Below are positions 62,452 through 64,000 of a stretch of 64,000 bases of DNA, piece by piece. The notes below the pieces were generated by a model. The model was given only the letters and a program-made list of their open reading frames with translations. It did no database searches and had not been told where the DNA came from. Made by a program: the position numbers and the translations under genes. The stretch is from NCBI GenBank assembly GCA_020051175.1, contig JAGVJJ010000004.1:43558-107557 (forward strand). The letters are read 5' to 3'. This DNA comes from Bacteroidia bacterium. Its GTDB lineage: Bacteria; Bacteroidota; Bacteroidia; 2-12-FULL-35-15. The first letter of the stretch is position 1; each line of letters starts with the position of its first letter.

Positions 62452-62464
62452 AATAGAAAGATTT

Positions 62465-62500
62465 CCCCTCTCCTTAGGAGAGGGGATGATGGGGTGAGGC
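62465..62500 (+). repeat. intergenic copy of the palindromic repeat found in leuS
   Basis: CCCCTCTCCTTAGGAGAGGGGATGATGGGGTGAGGC fills the 50-nt spacer between the asnS stop (62502) and the meaB-like start (62451). Confidence 0.85.
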
Positions 62501-62501
62501 C

Positions 62502-63959
62502 TTAAAACTCCGCAGTTTTAGGCGCTCTTGGGAACGGTATTACATCCCTGATATTTGTCATCCCTGTAACAAATAATACAAGCCTTTCAAAACCCAATCC
62601 AAACCCTGCATGTGGAGCTGTCCCAAACCTGCGTGTATCCAGGTACCAGTACAATTCTTCTGCAGGTATGTGCATGTCGCGCATTCTCTGTTCTAGGTTT
62701 TCCAATCTTTCTTCACGTTGTGAACCACCAACAATTTCACCTATTCCTGGGAACAGGATATCCATTGCACGTACTGTTTTGCCATCTTCATTCAATCGCA
62801 TGTAAAACGCTTTGATCTCCTTCGGATAATCCGTAAGAATAACAGGCTTTTTAAAATGTTTCTCTACAAGATAGCGTTCATGTTCGCTTTGCAAATCAGC
62901 GCCCCAGTTTTCTATAAGGTATTTGAATTTTTTCTTTTTATTAGGTGCTGAATTTTTAAGTATTTCTATTGCTTCTGTGTAGGTGAGCCGCTGAAATTCA
63001 CTGGAGGCAACAAAGTTCAGTTTACTTACTAAATCCATCTCAGAACGTTCGTCCATAGGCTTTTGTTTTTCTTCTTCCAATAAGCGGTTTTTCAGGAACT
63101 CAAGTTCATCCGGATGATTTGTGATAACGTAGTTAATACAGTATTTTAATAAATCTTCTGCAAGCTGTGCATTGTCATTAAGGTCAGCAAACGCTACTTC
63201 AGGTTCAATCATCCAGAACTCTGCAAGGTGGCGGGTGGTGTTAGAATTTTCGGCACGGAATGTAGGGCCAAAAGTATATACTTCTCCCAAAGCCATCGCG
63301 CCAAGCTCCGCTTCTAACTGACCGGAAACAGTAAGGTTTGTGGTTTTTCCAAAAAAATCCTGCTTAAAATCCACTTCACCATTTTCAGTACGTGGAGGGT
63401 TGTCAAAGCTCAGGTTGGTTACACGGAACATTTCGCCTGCACCTTCAGCATCGGAAGCTGTAATAATAGGGGTATGCAGGTATACGAAGCCACGGTCATT
63501 GAAAAATTTATGTATCGCAAATGCCAGTGAATGACGTATTTTAAATACCGCATTGAATGTATTGGTACGGAAACGCAAATGTGCAATTTCGCGAAGGAAT
63601 TCAAGGCTGTGCTTTTTAGGTTGCAAAGGAAATTTTTCTGCATCGCTGTCGCCCAATATTTCCAGTTGTTCTACCTTTATTTCTACTTTTTGTCCTTTTC
63701 CCGTTGATTCTATCAGTTTACCTTTTACTGCTATCGCAGCACCGGTTGTTATACGTTTCAGCAATGCCTCGTCCGTATTTTGATAATCAACTACCGCTTG
63801 TATGTTATTTATTGTAGAGCCATCATTAATAGCTATAAATTGGTTATTCCTGAAGGTTCTAACCCATCCTTTAACAACTACGTCAGTACCATAGGTGCTT
63901 ACGTTTAGCAATTCCTTAATCTTTGTTCTTCGTTCTGCAATCATATTTTTAAAATTCAA
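62502..63959 (-). CDS. asnS: asparagine--tRNA ligase
   Basis: 485 aa. It has an N-terminal OB-fold region, class II motifs [21 protein letters not shown] and GSQREER, and the C-terminal [10 protein letters not shown]. Confidence 0.95.
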   Translation of the reverse strand: MNFKNMIAERRTKIKELLNVSTYGTDVVVKGWVRTFRNNQFIAINDGSTINNIQAVVDYQNTDEALLKRITTGAAIAVKGKLIESTGKGQKVEIKVEQLEILGDSDAEKFPLQPKKHSLEFLREIAHLRFRTNTFNAVFKIRHSLAFAIHKFFNDRGFVYLHTPIITASDAEGAGEMFRVTNLSFDNPPRTENGEVDFKQDFFGKTTNLTVSGQLEAELGAMALGEVYTFGPTFRAENSNTTRHLAEFWMIEPEVAFADLNDNAQLAEDLLKYCINYVITNHPDELEFLKNRLLEEEKQKPMDERSEMDLVSKLNFVASSEFQRLTYTEAIEILKNSAPNKKKKFKYLIENWGADLQSEHERYLVEKHFKKPVILTDYPKEIKAFYMRLNEDGKTVRAMDILFPGIGEIVGGSQREERLENLEQRMRDMHIPAEELYWYLDTRRFGTAPHAGFGLGFERLVLFVTGMTNIRDVIPFPRAPKTAEF

Positions 63960-64000
63960 GGTTTTTAAGCGCGAAATACAAAAAAACGAAATTTTTAGGG

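Overview
This is a chromosomal window from a Bacteroidota genome. That placement is an inference from five proteins ending in T9SS-type C-terminal sorting domains, an exbB-exbD-exbD-tonB cluster, TAnnTTTG-like -7 boxes and low GC; the class is probably Chitinophagia or Sphingobacteriia. About 50 tightly packed protein genes are present. Housekeeping genes include gpmI, thrC, leuS, typA, dnaG, asnS, ftsX and a meaB-like GTPase. Regulatory genes include three complete ECF sigma genes plus one partial one at the window start, each followed by a membrane partner, four histidine kinases and three response regulators. There is also a TonB-dependent receptor / YfiR-like / HK / RR cluster and several secreted T9SS cargo proteins: an M14 peptidase, a 5xCHRD protein, a pectate-lyase-like protein and two BNR/Asp-box proteins. 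I saw no rRNA, tRNA, CRISPR array, transposase or integrase. The most unusual signal is in leuS. Its ORF is intact at 1127 aa but carries three in-frame insertions of a 34-38 bp palindromic repeat family (CCCCTCTCC-TTWGG-AGAGGGG-N3-5-GGGGWTGAGGC). Two inverted copies bracket a ~434 bp module that encodes a complete DUF559 (Vsr-like) endonuclease domain. This domain is read in the leuS frame and has no AUG of its own. A fifth copy of the repeat lies between asnS and the meaB-like gene. This looks like a small TIR-bounded selfish element plus solo derivatives colonising an essential gene, analogous to Rickettsia palindromic elements. Other items worth a second look are a 340 bp ftsX-leuS spacer built from two oppositely oriented blocks of degenerate 13-14 bp repeats, and a 1180-aa G-X-T (collagen-like) protein with recent internal duplications that sits next to an LRR protein and an ECF sigma pair. 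There are also three further families of REP-like nested palindromes and an uncharacterised three-gene cassette with a perfect palindrome. All functional calls come from motifs read by eye; no database search was run.
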